Source: Campylobacterota bacterium
Lineage (GTDB): Bacteria > Campylobacterota > Campylobacteria > Campylobacterales > Nitratiruptoraceae
Reading direction: 5' to 3'
NCBI GenBank assembly: GCA_009659895.1
Contig: PUXX01000042.1
Location: forward strand, 4,209-68,208
Length of the DNA stretch: 64,000 nucleotides
Position numbers and translations under genes: made by a program. The notes below the pieces were generated by a model. It searched no databases. It was not told the origin of the DNA and saw nothing but the letters and a program-made list of their open reading frames with translations. This document shows positions 10,364-20,985 of the stretch, piece by piece (position 1 is the stretch's first letter; every line of letters begins with the position of its first letter).

Positions 10364-10684
10364 ATGCCCATCTTTGTGCTCCTCATCTTCACATTGAGTC
10401 TCTTTGGTGGATGGAGAGAGTCCAATATCACCGCCATCGACACTATTATCCAGACCTATGAGTCCAGACTCTCTTGCTTGCAAGAGCACGAAGCGATCCC
10501 CTGCATAGAGCGCCATCCGCAAGATCCCAGAAGTGACGCTTTGGCCAAGACCTTTAGCATGAGTTTCCCAAAAAGCTACTACAAAGCCAAACTTCGAAGA
10601 GATCTTGCGATCTTAAAAAAGCAAAAACTCTGCTTTGGCAAGGCTCTCACACCCCAAGAGGCTAAAGCCTGCCTGAGCCCCTGA
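10364..10684 (+). CDS. Small exported hypothetical protein with four Cys
   Basis: AAGGAAG RBS, signal-like N-terminus, ESNIT sequon; TATAAT at 10331-10336. Confidence 0.65.
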   Translation: MPIFVLLIFTLSLFGGWRESNITAIDTIIQTYESRLSCLQEHEAIPCIERHPQDPRSDALAKTFSMSFPKSYYKAKLRRDLAILKKQKLCFGKALTPQEAKACLSP

Positions 10685-13484
10685 GCTCCTTGGCCAAAAA
10701 CTCTCCCGTGTAGCTCCCGCTTTTTTGATAGTCCCTGGCCACCTCTTCAGGAGTGCCGACAGCGATGACCCTGCCTCCTTTGCTCCCTCCCTCAGGGCCC
10801 ATATCGACGATATAGTCGGCATTCTTGATCACGTCTAGATTGTGTTCGATGACGATGACGCTATTGCCAAGATCGACTAGATGGTGCAAGACCTTCACCA
10901 ATCTATCCACATCGGCAAAATGGAGCCCCGTCGTAGGCTCATCGAGGATATAGAGGGTATTGCCCGTATCTTTTCTGCTTAGCTCCTTGGCCAGCTTGAT
11001 CCGCTGGGCCTCCCCTCCACTAAGAGTCACGGCGTTTTGCCCTAGGGTGATATAGCCTAGACCCACATCCTGCAAAGTCTTGAGTTTTTGAGAGATTTTG
11101 GGGATACTGGCAAAAAACTCCAAGGCCTCATCCACACTCATATCCAAGACATCGGCTATATTTTTGCCTTTGTAGGTTACTTCCAGGGTCTGTTCGTTGT
11201 ATCTGCGTCCCTTGCAGGCATCGCACTTGATCATGATATCAGGAAGGAAGTGCATCTCGATCTTGAGCTCCCCTTCGCCTTTGCACTTCTCACAGCGCCC
11301 CCCTTTGACATTGAAACTAAAGCGCCCGGGTCCATACCCTCTTAGCTGGGCCTCTTTGGTCTTGGCAAAAAGCGCCCTTATCTCATCCATCACACCGGTG
11401 TAAGTGGCTGGATTGCTCCTTGGGGTCCTGCCGATTGGGCTTTGGTCTAGATAGATCACCTTATCGAGTCGATCGAGCCCCTCTATCTTGACGCCTGCTA
11501 CCTTTTTTACCTTTTTGGCGTGATTGAGAGCCTCTTTGGCCACCGGCAAAAGCGTCTGGAGCACCAGCGAGCTCTTGCCACTTCCGCTCACACCGCTCAC
11601 CGCCACCAGGTTGCGCAGAGGAAAACGGACCTTGAGATCTTTGATATTGTTGATCGTGACCCCCTCCATGGTGAGCCACTCCTCCTGAGGCCTCCTGTGG
11701 AAATACTCTATTCTCTTTTCGCCTTTGAGGTACTTGGCAGTGAGCGTGGAGCTGGCCTTGAGATCCTCCACGCTGCCGGCAAAGACCACCTCACCTCCAT
11801 ACTTTCCAGCTCCCGGCCCTATATCGACGATATAGTCCGCTGCCTCGATGGTCTCCTTGTCATGCTCGACCACGATGACCGTATTGCCCTTTTTTTGGAG
11901 ATTTTTGAGGGTCCTTATGAGCTTGAGGGTATCACGCTCATGCAACCCGATACTAGGCTCATCCAATACATACATCACGCCCGTCAGTCCGCTGCCAATC
12001 TGGCTGGCTATACGGATACGCTGGGCCTCTCCTCCACTAATAGTCCTTGCATCTCTGCCCAGCGTCAGATACCCAAGCCCCACATCGACCAAAAAGGAGA
12101 GCCTCTCTTGGATCTCTTTTAAAATTGGCTGAGCGATCTTTTGCTGCTGGGGAGCAAGATAGTCAAAATTGCTCCTCCTGGCAAAAAATTGGGAAGCCTC
12201 CTCGATGGGCATATCCAGGATCTGCGCAATCCCCTTGCCAGCCACCCTCACCGCCAAGGATTCGCTACGGAGCCGATGACCACCACAGCTATCGCACACC
12301 TTTTCGCTCATATACTCCCCAAGCTCCCTCTCATCCTTGAACATATCATAAGCGATCTTGACTACTCCTGGCCAACTCCTCACAAGTCTGTGGCTCTTCC
12401 AGCGAAACTCCACACTCCCGGGTGCTCCATAGAGGATCGCCTTTTGCTCATGCTCTTCAAGCTCTTCGTAGGGCTTGTCTATATCGATCCCCTCCCTTTG
12501 GCAAAAGGCTTTGAGAAAATTGAAATAGTAGCTCTTGTTGTAGCCATACAAGATCCGCACCGCACCCTGGGCGATGGACTTGCTAGGATCGATGATCTTG
12601 GATAGATCCAGGGCGTAGCGGATCCCAAGCCCGTCACACTGAGGACAGGCCCCTTTTGGGGAGTTGAAAGAGAAACTCAAAGGCTCTAGAGGCTCGAAGC
12701 TGACCTTACACTCAAAGCAGGCTAGATGCTCGCTAAAATGCAGATGTTTTGGAGCTTCGATCTCATCGGCGTTGAGGATCTCCACCTCCACCTCCCCAAA
12801 GCTCGTTTGCAGCGCCTTCTCCACATCCTGGGCCACCCTCTGCTTGGAGTCCTCCTTGAGGATCACTCTATCAACAACCGCTTTGATGGTGTGTTTTTTG
12901 GTCTTTGAGAGCTCAATCTCCTCATCCAGGCGTACCATCACCCCATCGATCATAGCCCTCACAAATCCCTTTTGGCGCAGGCTCTCCAAAAGATCGGCAA
13001 AGCTTCCCTTTTTCTCCTTGATAAGCGGAGCAGCAATCACCAGCTTGGCTCCAGGGGGGAGCTTGAGGATCTGCTCTATGATATCTTGTGAGGTCATGGA
13101 TGAGATCGGCTTCCCACATTTGTGGCAGTGCTGTGTGCCTACTCTAGCATAAAGCAGCCTAAGATAGTCATAGATCTCCGTGATGGTCCCCACAGTCGAT
13201 CGCGGGTTTTTGCTGGTGGTCTTTTGCTCTATGGCAATAGCTGGCGTGAGGCCTTCGATCTTGTCCACATCGGGCTTGTCCAGTCGATCCAAAAACTGTC
13301 TTGCGTAGCTTGAGAGACTCTCGATATAGCGCCTTTGTCCCTCGGCGTAGAGGGTATCAAAAGCCAGTGTCGACTTCCCGCTCCCAGAGAGCCCCGTAAA
13401 GACCACGAGGCTGTTTTTTGGGATCTCTAGATCGATATTTTTGAGATTGTGCTGCTTGGCGCCAAAAATCTTTATCTTTTCCAT
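10662..13484 (-). CDS. uvrA: Excinuclease ABC subunit A
   Basis: Two Walker A motifs ([16 protein letters not shown]), zinc fingers, [12 protein letters not shown]. Confidence 0.98.
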   Translation of the reverse strand: MEKIKIFGAKQHNLKNIDLEIPKNSLVVFTGLSGSGKSTLAFDTLYAEGQRRYIESLSSYARQFLDRLDKPDVDKIEGLTPAIAIEQKTTSKNPRSTVGTITEIYDYLRLLYARVGTQHCHKCGKPISSMTSQDIIEQILKLPPGAKLVIAAPLIKEKKGSFADLLESLRQKGFVRAMIDGVMVRLDEEIELSKTKKHTIKAVVDRVILKEDSKQRVAQDVEKALQTSFGEVEVEILNADEIEAPKHLHFSEHLACFECKVSFEPLEPLSFSFNSPKGACPQCDGLGIRYALDLSKIIDPSKSIAQGAVRILYGYNKSYYFNFLKAFCQREGIDIDKPYEELEEHEQKAILYGAPGSVEFRWKSHRLVRSWPGVVKIAYDMFKDERELGEYMSEKVCDSCGGHRLRSESLAVRVAGKGIAQILDMPIEEASQFFARRSNFDYLAPQQQKIAQPILKEIQERLSFLVDVGLGYLTLGRDARTISGGEAQRIRIASQIGSGLTGVMYVLDEPSIGLHERDTLKLIRTLKNLQKKGNTVIVVEHDKETIEAADYIVDIGPGAGKYGGEVVFAGSVEDLKASSTLTAKYLKGEKRIEYFHRRPQEEWLTMEGVTINNIKDLKVRFPLRNLVAVSGVSGSGKSSLVLQTLLPVAKEALNHAKKVKKVAGVKIEGLDRLDKVIYLDQSPIGRTPRSNPATYTGVMDEIRALFAKTKEAQLRGYGPGRFSFNVKGGRCEKCKGEGELKIEMHFLPDIMIKCDACKGRRYNEQTLEVTYKGKNIADVLDMSVDEALEFFASIPKISQKLKTLQDVGLGYITLGQNAVTLSGGEAQRIKLAKELSRKDTGNTLYILDEPTTGLHFADVDRLVKVLHHLVDLGNSVIVIEHNLDVIKNADYIVDMGPEGGSKGGRVIAVGTPEEVARDYQKSGSYTGEFLAKELRGSGRL

Positions 13485-14218
13485 CACGCTCCTACCAAGA
13501 TCTTTTTGAGTACCAGTATCAAAATGACACTATAGATGAGAATGAGGGCCTTTTTGAATCTTCGTCTGTCAATCCTGTGGGCTAGTTTGATACCAAAATA
13601 GACACCCACCAATGAAGAGGCCCCTACTATGAAACCGTGGAGATAGTCGATATGACCAAACAGACTCAGGCTCACAAATCCGCTCAGTGAAGAGAAGATA
13701 ACGAAAAAGAGCCCCATGGAGGCAGCCTTTTTCACATCCATATGGAAAAATCCCACCAATATCGGCGTCACCAAGATCGACCCACCCACACCGATACTAA
13801 TAGCAAAGAGGCCGATAAAGAGTCCTACCACGAAGATCAGCAACGGAGGAATATCCCTGGTATCCCCAGATTCAGCGGGAGCTTTGAAAAAGCGATACAT
13901 GGCAAAGGCCACAAAAGCGACAAACATCCACTCCAGCACATAGGAGGGTACCACCTGCAAAAAATAGCCACTGCCCATAGCTCCCAGGGCCCCACCAAGC
14001 CCTATAGCCAGCCCCTCTTTGATCTTGAAAAGGCTCTTTTTGAGATTCAAGAAGGAGCCAAAAAGAGAGCTAAAGACCATCTGAGTGACAGAGATCCCCA
14101 CCGCCTCTTTGATGTCAAAGCCTAGATATAGCAGGATCGGCACCAGGATCGTACCACCACCGATACCGAAAAATCCCGACAAAAATCCGACAAAAATACC
14201 GACGAAGATTAGCTCCAT
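13484..14218 (-). CDS. TauE/SafE family permease
   Basis: Duplicated GFFGIGGG / SIGVGGS motif, about 8 TM segments. Confidence 0.85.
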   Translation of the reverse strand: MELIFVGIFVGFLSGFFGIGGGTILVPILLYLGFDIKEAVGISVTQMVFSSLFGSFLNLKKSLFKIKEGLAIGLGGALGAMGSGYFLQVVPSYVLEWMFVAFVAFAMYRFFKAPAESGDTRDIPPLLIFVVGLFIGLFAISIGVGGSILVTPILVGFFHMDVKKAASMGLFFVIFSSLSGFVSLSLFGHIDYLHGFIVGASSLVGVYFGIKLAHRIDRRRFKKALILIYSVILILVLKKILVGA

Positions 14219-14310
14219 CCGCCCTCTTTTTTTAGCGCGATTATACTATAATTTATTGTCTATTTAGAAAAAGCGCACTATAATAGCTCACTATTTTTTA
14301 GGAGCTAGGA

Positions 14311-15039
14311 TTGAGAAAAATTTTCCTGCTAGGATTTGCCCTCCCCCTCTTTGCCACCATGATCCTCAATATCGACACAGCCCAAAAGAGTGGCGGCTAC
14401 GAGGTGACACTCAATTTTGACGTACCTTACGAGGGATCGCTCATCCAGCAGCACTCTACAAAAGGAGTCGCCCTCTTCTTGCCACAGGTCACCATCCCGG
14501 CTCCCTGGCACCAAAGATTGGCCAAGGGCTCTTTGCAAATCGATCTGATCCCCCAAAAAGATGGCACCCAGATCCTCATCCATAGCAAAGAACGCCTCAC
14601 CCTCAAGGCTTTGCGCCCGAAGGATGGCTTTAGCATCACTCTTGTGCTGCGTCCCCAAAAGCTCCTCAAACAAGAGGCCCAGCGCCAAGAGAAACTCTAT
14701 TTGCTATGGGGAATGTTCGTGCTGGCTCTCCTGGCCCTTGGATGGGGCATATGGAGATTGTGGAGGCTATGGAAGGAGGACAAAGAGACCCCTTTTCGTA
14801 TCAAATATGAATATGCTCTTGATCAAAAAAACCGCATCATTCTTCTTTCCTACAACGGAGTAGACTATCTGATCTTGACAGGAGCTAAAAATGTGCTGCT
14901 AGGAAGATACAAAGAGGATCAAATAGTTGAACAAGACCACTTTTTTGATCTGTTGCACCACAAAATCTCCCTCCAATCCCCGCCACAAGAGGACTCTACT
15001 ATAGATGAGTACAAACGAAAAGCCAGCGGCGATCTCTAA
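14311..15039 (+). CDS. Membrane protein resembling epsilonproteobacterial FliO with a large periplasmic N-domain
   Basis: Signal peptide, beta-rich domain, single TM, then FliO-like IKYEYALDQKNRIILLSYNGVDYLILTG. Confidence 0.5.
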   Translation: MRKIFLLGFALPLFATMILNIDTAQKSGGYEVTLNFDVPYEGSLIQQHSTKGVALFLPQVTIPAPWHQRLAKGSLQIDLIPQKDGTQILIHSKERLTLKALRPKDGFSITLVLRPQKLLKQEAQRQEKLYLLWGMFVLALLALGWGIWRLWRLWKEDKETPFRIKYEYALDQKNRIILLSYNGVDYLILTGAKNVLLGRYKEDQIVEQDHFFDLLHHKISLQSPPQEDSTIDEYKRKASGDL

Positions 15040-15977
15040 GCCGCCCTTTTGGTAGAAAAAAACTCCACAATAAGGCGTTCCATCTCATCTTTGTCGACCA
15101 CTTCGTTGATCCGCTGACGAAAGGCGGTCGCTCCGGCATATCCTTTGGAGTAGGTGTGCAGATGCTTGCGAAAGAGCACCACCCCATACTCTCCATAAAA
15201 AGCGATCATCTGACGAAAATGCTCTAGGACTATCTTTCTTCTGAGCGCCTCGTCGATCTGGGTCTTGTGCTTGAGTTGGTAGAAGATCCAGGGCTTGCCG
15301 ATCGCACCTCTTCCTATCATCACCCCATCGGCCTTGGTATACTCCAACACCCACTGGGCCTTTTGGTAGCTGTCGATATCGCCATTGGCGATGACGGGGA
15401 TATGGACCGTCTCCTTGGCCCTTTTGATAGCCTCATAATCGACAGGAGCCTTGAAACCGCCACTTCTGGTACGCCCATGGACCGTGATAAAATCAGCGCC
15501 AGCATTTTCGATCGTTTTGACGATTCGCTCCACATCATCTTCATGAAATCCAATACGGATCTTGACACTGGTGTAGCTCTTGTTTGAGTGCTTCTTGATG
15601 GTCTCGACGATTCTTGCCAGCCGATCCAGATCTCTTAAAAGTCCGCTCCCGGCTCCTTGCCTGACTACTTTTGGCACGGGACAGCCAGCATTGAGATCGA
15701 TCCCGTCGATCCCCTCTTTTTCATTGAGCTTCTCCACGGCCTTTTTGATCACCTCTGGATCGCTTCCTGCTATCTGGACGAAGTAGGGATCTTCTAGAGG
15801 GGATTTTTCAAGCATGTGGAGCGTCTTGTCATTTTCATAGACCAAAGCGTTGGAGCTGATCATCTCACTGATAGTCAGATCCGCCCCAAATCTCTTGACC
15901 ACACTGCGAAAGGGCAGATCGGTATAGCCCGCAAGAGGGGCCAAAAGGTACAGAGGCCTGGAAAAATCCAGTTTCAT
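15036..15977 (-). CDS. dusB: tRNA-dihydrouridine synthase
   Basis: LAPLAGYTDLPFR, DLNAGCP, VHGRTR, ANGDI, GVMIGRG; start placed at MKLDF. Confidence 0.92.
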   Translation of the reverse strand: MKLDFSRPLYLLAPLAGYTDLPFRSVVKRFGADLTISEMISSNALVYENDKTLHMLEKSPLEDPYFVQIAGSDPEVIKKAVEKLNEKEGIDGIDLNAGCPVPKVVRQGAGSGLLRDLDRLARIVETIKKHSNKSYTSVKIRIGFHEDDVERIVKTIENAGADFITVHGRTRSGGFKAPVDYEAIKRAKETVHIPVIANGDIDSYQKAQWVLEYTKADGVMIGRGAIGKPWIFYQLKHKTQIDEALRRKIVLEHFRQMIAFYGEYGVVLFRKHLHTYSKGYAGATAFRQRINEVVDKDEMERLIVEFFSTKRAA

Positions 15978-16981
15978 CACACAAAAAGCTCCAAAGGATA
16001 GTTCCTCCCACACTCTTTGAGCTCCAGGTAGGCTTTGAAAGGTCTAAGCTCATCGTCGTTGGTAGTCTCTAGAAAATCCCTGGCCTTGTCGATCATCTCA
16101 AGATCCAGGAGCGTATAGACATAGGCCCCCTCACTCTTTTCGTCCCGATCTTTCAAGATCTCAAAGAGTCTGAGGCGATCGTCTGGGGAGAGGACACTCT
16201 TGACCTTTTTGGCCAAGAGGATATAGCCCTTCTCATCGATCTTCATATCGGCCTCTTGCAAGATGTACAAGATATCCTGGTAATGGAGCTTCGCCCCGCT
16301 TTGTTGGGCTGAATCGATCAGCTTCAAAAGCGTCTCAAAACTAAAGAGCTTTGCGTACTCCTTGATCTTGGAGATATCGCTAAATCCCATATAGACCTCC
16401 AAAGCCTTCTCACAAAGCTCTCTTGGATATTCGCTGCAGTTTCTAAGGACCACACCACTGTAGGTGGGCTCCTCTTTGAGACGATTTTCGATATTTTTCA
16501 CCAAGAGAGGGTTTTTGGATGAGAGCTTGAACTCCTCGATCTCTACGTAGATACCGTTTTGGATATCCTTGACATACTCCAATGCCTTCTTGATCTTTTC
16601 TGCCTTGGTATCGATCTTGAAGTCTTGGGGGACAATATGGGAGTGATCCACCACCACGCCCAAGTTTTTGGCCTCTGCGCTTTTATATTGATGAATTCTT
16701 GGCTCTCGCATGATACTTTGGGCAAAAGCGCCGACCATCTTCTCGTAATCTTTCTTATAGCGCTTGAGCTTCATGAAGTTGATGAAGGAGTAGTAAGACA
16801 TATGGAAAAAGGAGGCTAAAAACATAATAAACATCGGTATCACCACCCACACAGCCACCGGCAAGGTTATAGGTATGCCCGCAATCTCAAAGGTGTAGTT
16901 GCTCTCGATTTGAGAATAGACCAATCCTCCTACGATCGCCATCAACAAAATACTAAAGAAGATATAGCGCTTTAGTCTCAT
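15977..16981 (-). CDS. Conserved Campylobacterota membrane protein (two N-terminal TMs, helical cytoplasmic domain)
   Basis: 334-aa ORF with RBS, operonic between rlmH and dusB. Confidence 0.75.
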   Translation of the reverse strand: MRLKRYIFFSILLMAIVGGLVYSQIESNYTFEIAGIPITLPVAVWVVIPMFIMFLASFFHMSYYSFINFMKLKRYKKDYEKMVGAFAQSIMREPRIHQYKSAEAKNLGVVVDHSHIVPQDFKIDTKAEKIKKALEYVKDIQNGIYVEIEEFKLSSKNPLLVKNIENRLKEEPTYSGVVLRNCSEYPRELCEKALEVYMGFSDISKIKEYAKLFSFETLLKLIDSAQQSGAKLHYQDILYILQEADMKIDEKGYILLAKKVKSVLSPDDRLRLFEILKDRDEKSEGAYVYTLLDLEMIDKARDFLETTNDDELRPFKAYLELKECGRNYPLELFV

Positions 16982-16989
16982 GTTCGCTC

Positions 16990-17451
16990 CTATTTATGGT
17001 ATGGATGGTTGTGCAATATGCTTAGCCCTCGAAAGATCTGCTCCAAAAGCACCACTTTGGCCACCTTGTGACTCATGGTCAGAGGCGATAGACTCACCAC
17101 CTCATCACACCGACGCAAAAACTCCTCCTCAAATCCATAAGCCCCACCGATGAAGAAGGCCACCTGGCTCCTTCGTCCAAGCATACTAGCGAACCTTTGG
17201 CTATCGTAGAGCTTCCCTGCCGGATGCAAGGCGACATTGAGCCCATCTTCCAAAAGGTAGGGGCTAAGGATCTGGGTATAGATCTCTTGCGCTCTTCTTG
17301 GATCGCTCTGGGCGGTATTGATCTTTTTATTATAAATATTTGTCTGTTTTATAGTAGCATATTTTTTGGCGTTTTTGACAAACGCATCATAGATCGCTTC
17401 GTAGCATCGCTCATCTTTTTTTCCGATAGAGTAGACGAAGATCTTATGCAT
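16990..17451 (-). CDS. rlmH: 23S rRNA m3Psi1915 methyltransferase
   Basis: FFIGGAYG, SLSPLTMSH, LLEQIFRG, HPYHK. Confidence 0.95.
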   Translation of the reverse strand: MHKIFVYSIGKKDERCYEAIYDAFVKNAKKYATIKQTNIYNKKINTAQSDPRRAQEIYTQILSPYLLEDGLNVALHPAGKLYDSQRFASMLGRRSQVAFFIGGAYGFEEEFLRRCDEVVSLSPLTMSHKVAKVVLLEQIFRGLSILHNHPYHK

Positions 17452-18040
17452 AGGTGAGAGCCTTGATCACAAGATCGCTCCCAATAGCCCGCTTCCAGAC
17501 ATGGGCGATGGAGTCAAAGAGTCGCACACCCCCTATCGCTACGACCTTGTGAGTCGAACAGGAGGCCAGCTGCTCTAGCCTAGGGCCCAATACGAAGCTC
17601 ACTTCCTTGGTGGTACTGGCTCTATAGGCTCCAAGCCCAATATAGTCTAGATCTAATCCATTGGCCTCCAATATCTCCTCTTTGTTGTGGGTGGAGAGCC
17701 CCACGATCTTGGCACCGCTAAGATGCCTCAAAATCGTCACCCCTTCCGCTTTGCTCCTAGCACCGAAAACCTCGATGATATCGAGCAGATCCTCCTGGCC
17801 CACATGGACCCCATCACACACTCTTGCCAGCGCCCACTCGTCATTGACGATCAAGATCCCTGACCAAAGGGAGCGAAGCTTTTTGAGATTCTCCATTTTC
17901 TCCTCGAGGGTCGACTCCTTGTCTCGATACTGCATGATCTGCGCACCGAAGTTTTGGGCGATCTGGACAAACTCCTCCAAACCGATCTTGAAACGACGCA
18001 ACATCCCCATATCGCAAAGAGCGTAGATATCATGAAACAT
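17444..18040 (-). CDS. thiE: Thiamine-phosphate synthase family protein
   Basis: [30 protein letters not shown]. Confidence 0.8.
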   Translation of the reverse strand: MFHDIYALCDMGMLRRFKIGLEEFVQIAQNFGAQIMQYRDKESTLEEKMENLKKLRSLWSGILIVNDEWALARVCDGVHVGQEDLLDIIEVFGARSKAEGVTILRHLSGAKIVGLSTHNKEEILEANGLDLDYIGLGAYRASTTKEVSFVLGPRLEQLASCSTHKVVAIGGVRLFDSIAHVWKRAIGSDLVIKALTYA

Positions 18041-18890
18041 TATCGAGCTCTTTGGGATTATGCAAGATCTTCAAAAGATCCCCGATGGTCTTCTTCATCA
18101 TAGGACGCTCCACGATCATATCGATCAATCCATGCTCTAGTAAAAACTCGCTTCGCTGAAACCCCTCTGGCAGATCGGCACCGATGGTCTGCTTGATGAC
18201 CCTTTGACCAGCAAAGCCGATCAGCGCTCCAGGCTCGGCCATGATAATATCGCCTATCATGGCAAAAGAGGCACTCACTCCCCCCATGGTAGGATCGGTG
18301 AGCACGGAGATATAGGGAAGCTTGGCCTGGTGGAGCTTGGCCAGGGCGGCGCAGGTCTTGCTCATCTGCATGAGACTAAAGGTACTCTCTTGCATCCTAG
18401 CACCCCCACTGGCACTCACAATGACCAGTGGCTGGCTCTTTTGCAAAGCTCTTTGGACCGCACGTACGATCTTCTCTCCTTCGACAGAGCCCAAGCTCCC
18501 ACCCATGAAAGCGAAATCAAAAACGACGATCTGGGTAGGGACTCCTTCGATCCTGCACTCTCCGCTTATAGCAGAGCTTGGCCTGCCGGTCTTCTTTTTC
18601 CCCTCTTCGATCCGCTTTTTGTAGCTCTTCTTGTCCACGAACTTCAAAGGATCCACCGGCTCAAGGTTGGCGTCGTACTCCACGAAGCTTCCCTCATCGC
18701 ACAAGATCTCAATACGCTCCTTTGCCCCGATACGAAAGTGATAGCCACATTTTGGGCAGACATTGTAGCGGTTCTTGACCTCTTTGTAGTACATCAAAGC
18801 ATTGCACTTAGGACATTTGATCCAGTGGCTGGGCTGCTCTTGGCTACTAGGTTGGGATCGTCTGATTTTGAATAGATCGCTAATGCCCAT
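18030..18890 (-). CDS. accD: Acetyl-CoA carboxylase carboxyltransferase beta subunit
   Basis: CPKC..CPKC zinc finger, [19 protein letters not shown]. Confidence 0.97.
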   Translation of the reverse strand: MGISDLFKIRRSQPSSQEQPSHWIKCPKCNALMYYKEVKNRYNVCPKCGYHFRIGAKERIEILCDEGSFVEYDANLEPVDPLKFVDKKSYKKRIEEGKKKTGRPSSAISGECRIEGVPTQIVVFDFAFMGGSLGSVEGEKIVRAVQRALQKSQPLVIVSASGGARMQESTFSLMQMSKTCAALAKLHQAKLPYISVLTDPTMGGVSASFAMIGDIIMAEPGALIGFAGQRVIKQTIGADLPEGFQRSEFLLEHGLIDMIVERPMMKKTIGDLLKILHNPKELDNVS

Positions 18891-19611
18891 CGCTCTTCCT
18901 TTGGACGATTTTTTTTATTGTATTGAAAATGGACTCCTCTTTGCAAACGACGATCTGCCCATCGGTCCTGTATATATGAAGACCCTCACACTGATGGAGC
19001 CCCGCTTCGATATCATAGGGACGGATATCTCCTATGAAGATGACGAACCGCACATACCGCGCATAAGCCAAGGACAAAGCCACCGCTCCTGGGCTACGAA
19101 ACTTGAGTCCGTGGCTTTTGAGCTGGCGCACCACCGCCGGATTGGCGTAGGCTTTTTCAAAAAGTCCGATTTTGGCATGGCTGTTGGGATACACATCATA
19201 AAGCTCATCATGGAGTAAGGAGCCTTTTTTGTAAAAGTTTTCCCCTTTTATGAAAAGGTCTGCGTTGGCGAAATTGACGATACACGAAAAGATGGTCCGC
19301 CCCTCTTTTTGGACCGCGATGGAAGAGCCATAATAGGGAAAGGAAGAGAGCAGATTATCGCTGCCATCGATAGGATCCAAAACGATCGTAAACTCCCCAT
19401 CTCCCACCTCTCCGGCCTCTTCTGAGATAATACGGCCATAGGGTGAGAGCTTTTGCAAAAAGAGCTCCTCAGCAAATCGATCGATCCCACTGGTACGATC
19501 TCCCCCAGCACCCACACCTTGATAGAGATAGTACTCCTCCCCAAGACCCGATCGGATCTTGCGATAGATGGTGGAGCAGACCTCTTTGAGATCTTGGTAG
19601 AGCTCTTCCAC
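18880..19611 (-). CDS. Inositol monophosphatase family protein
   Basis: SEE, LDPIDGS, YDIEAG motifs. Confidence 0.85.
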   Translation of the reverse strand: MEELYQDLKEVCSTIYRKIRSGLGEEYYLYQGVGAGGDRTSGIDRFAEELFLQKLSPYGRIISEEAGEVGDGEFTIVLDPIDGSDNLLSSFPYYGSSIAVQKEGRTIFSCIVNFANADLFIKGENFYKKGSLLHDELYDVYPNSHAKIGLFEKAYANPAVVRQLKSHGLKFRSPGAVALSLAYARYVRFVIFIGDIRPYDIEAGLHQCEGLHIYRTDGQIVVCKEESIFNTIKKIVQRKSDGH

Positions 19612-20984
19612 TATCCCTTGAGCCTTTTTGCGATCGCTTTGGCCGCTTCTCGACCATCATAAGCAGCGGTGACCACCAGATGGGCACCTCTGTAGCAGTC
19701 CCCACCAGCATAGACACCGGGCTTCGTGGTCTCGTAGTGCTCATTGACCTTGATAGCACCCCACCTATTGGTCTCGATACCGTGTTTGGACAAAAACTCC
19801 AAAGGGGTATTCTCAAATCCCAAAGCAAAAATCACCACATCCGCATCCATGGTAAATTCGCTGTTTTTGATGATCTCAAGTTTTCGCTGGCCATCTTTGG
19901 TGGTGGTGGAGATGGTCTTAACAAACTCCACCCCGATCACTTTTCCCTCATCATCCAGCAAGATCTTGGTGGGAGCTACGTTGTAGACAAACTCGGCCCC
20001 CTCTTCTTCTGCGTTTTTGACCTCCTTGCGGCTGCCTGGCATACTAGCAGCATCCCTTCGATAGGCGCAGATCGCCTTCTTGGCTCCTTCTCTGATGCTG
20101 GTACGCACGCAGTCCATCGCCGTATCACCCCCACCAATGACCACGACGGTCTTCTCCTTGACATCCGCCTTTTCTTTGTCATATGGATCACCAAAGATCT
20201 TCTTTTGGACATTGGTCAAAAAGTCCATCGCCATGATCCCGGCCTCTTCGTTTTCGATCCCGGCACGTCTGGGTTTGGTAGCCCCGATGCCAATAAACAC
20301 AGCATCATAGTTCTCCAGCAGCTCCCCAAAATCTAGGCTTTTTCCTACCTCCACGCCCAAAGTGAGCTTCATGCCAGCCTCCAAAAGCCAGTCGATACGG
20401 CGCTGGACCACCTTTTTGTCAAGTTTGAAGTTTGGGATCCCATACATCATGAGTCCCCCGGCTCTGTCGGCCCGCTCGAAGACATGGGGCTCGATCCCCG
20501 CTCGAAGCAGATAGGTCGCACAGCTCAGCCCTGCGGGGCCACTGCCAATAATCGCCACCTTGCCGCTGAGCTTCTCCTCAAATTCTGGACGAAGGCCCCT
20601 TTTAAATCCCTCTTCGCTGATAAAGGTCTCAATAGCCCCTATGGTGATGGCGCCATAACCCTCATTGAGGGTACAGGCCCCTTCACAGAGTCTATCTTGG
20701 GGGCAGACTCGCCCCATGATCTCCGGAAAGGGGGAAGATTCGTTGCTGATCTTAAAAGCGAACTCCAGATCCTTCTCCGCCACGGTCTTGAGCCAGTGGG
20801 GGATGAAGTTGTGAAGCGGGCAGGCGTTGTGGCAGTAGGGATCGCCACACTGGACACAGCGATCGGCTTGGGTGGCCGCTTCGTTGGGGTTGTAGATCTC
20901 ATAAATCTCTCGAAAATCCTTGATCCGCTCGTTGACAGCTCTTTTTTTAGGCTCTATGCGCTCGTTGAAAATGAAATTTTGCAT
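19611..20984 (-). CDS. gltD: Glutamate synthase small subunit
   Basis: CVQCGDPYCHNACP FeS motif, GSGPAG, GGGDTAMDC. Confidence 0.95.
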   Translation of the reverse strand: MQNFIFNERIEPKKRAVNERIKDFREIYEIYNPNEAATQADRCVQCGDPYCHNACPLHNFIPHWLKTVAEKDLEFAFKISNESSPFPEIMGRVCPQDRLCEGACTLNEGYGAITIGAIETFISEEGFKRGLRPEFEEKLSGKVAIIGSGPAGLSCATYLLRAGIEPHVFERADRAGGLMMYGIPNFKLDKKVVQRRIDWLLEAGMKLTLGVEVGKSLDFGELLENYDAVFIGIGATKPRRAGIENEEAGIMAMDFLTNVQKKIFGDPYDKEKADVKEKTVVVIGGGDTAMDCVRTSIREGAKKAICAYRRDAASMPGSRKEVKNAEEEGAEFVYNVAPTKILLDDEGKVIGVEFVKTISTTTKDGQRKLEIIKNSEFTMDADVVIFALGFENTPLEFLSKHGIETNRWGAIKVNEHYETTKPGVYAGGDCYRGAHLVVTAAYDGREAAKAIAKRLKG

Positions 20985-20985
20985 A

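Noticed and set aside
14690-14780. LYLLWGMFVLALLALGWGIWRLWR resembles an IPTLxxWG-CTERM exosortase signal
   Set aside because: Lacks IPTL and is followed by about 85 further residues, so it is not C-terminal
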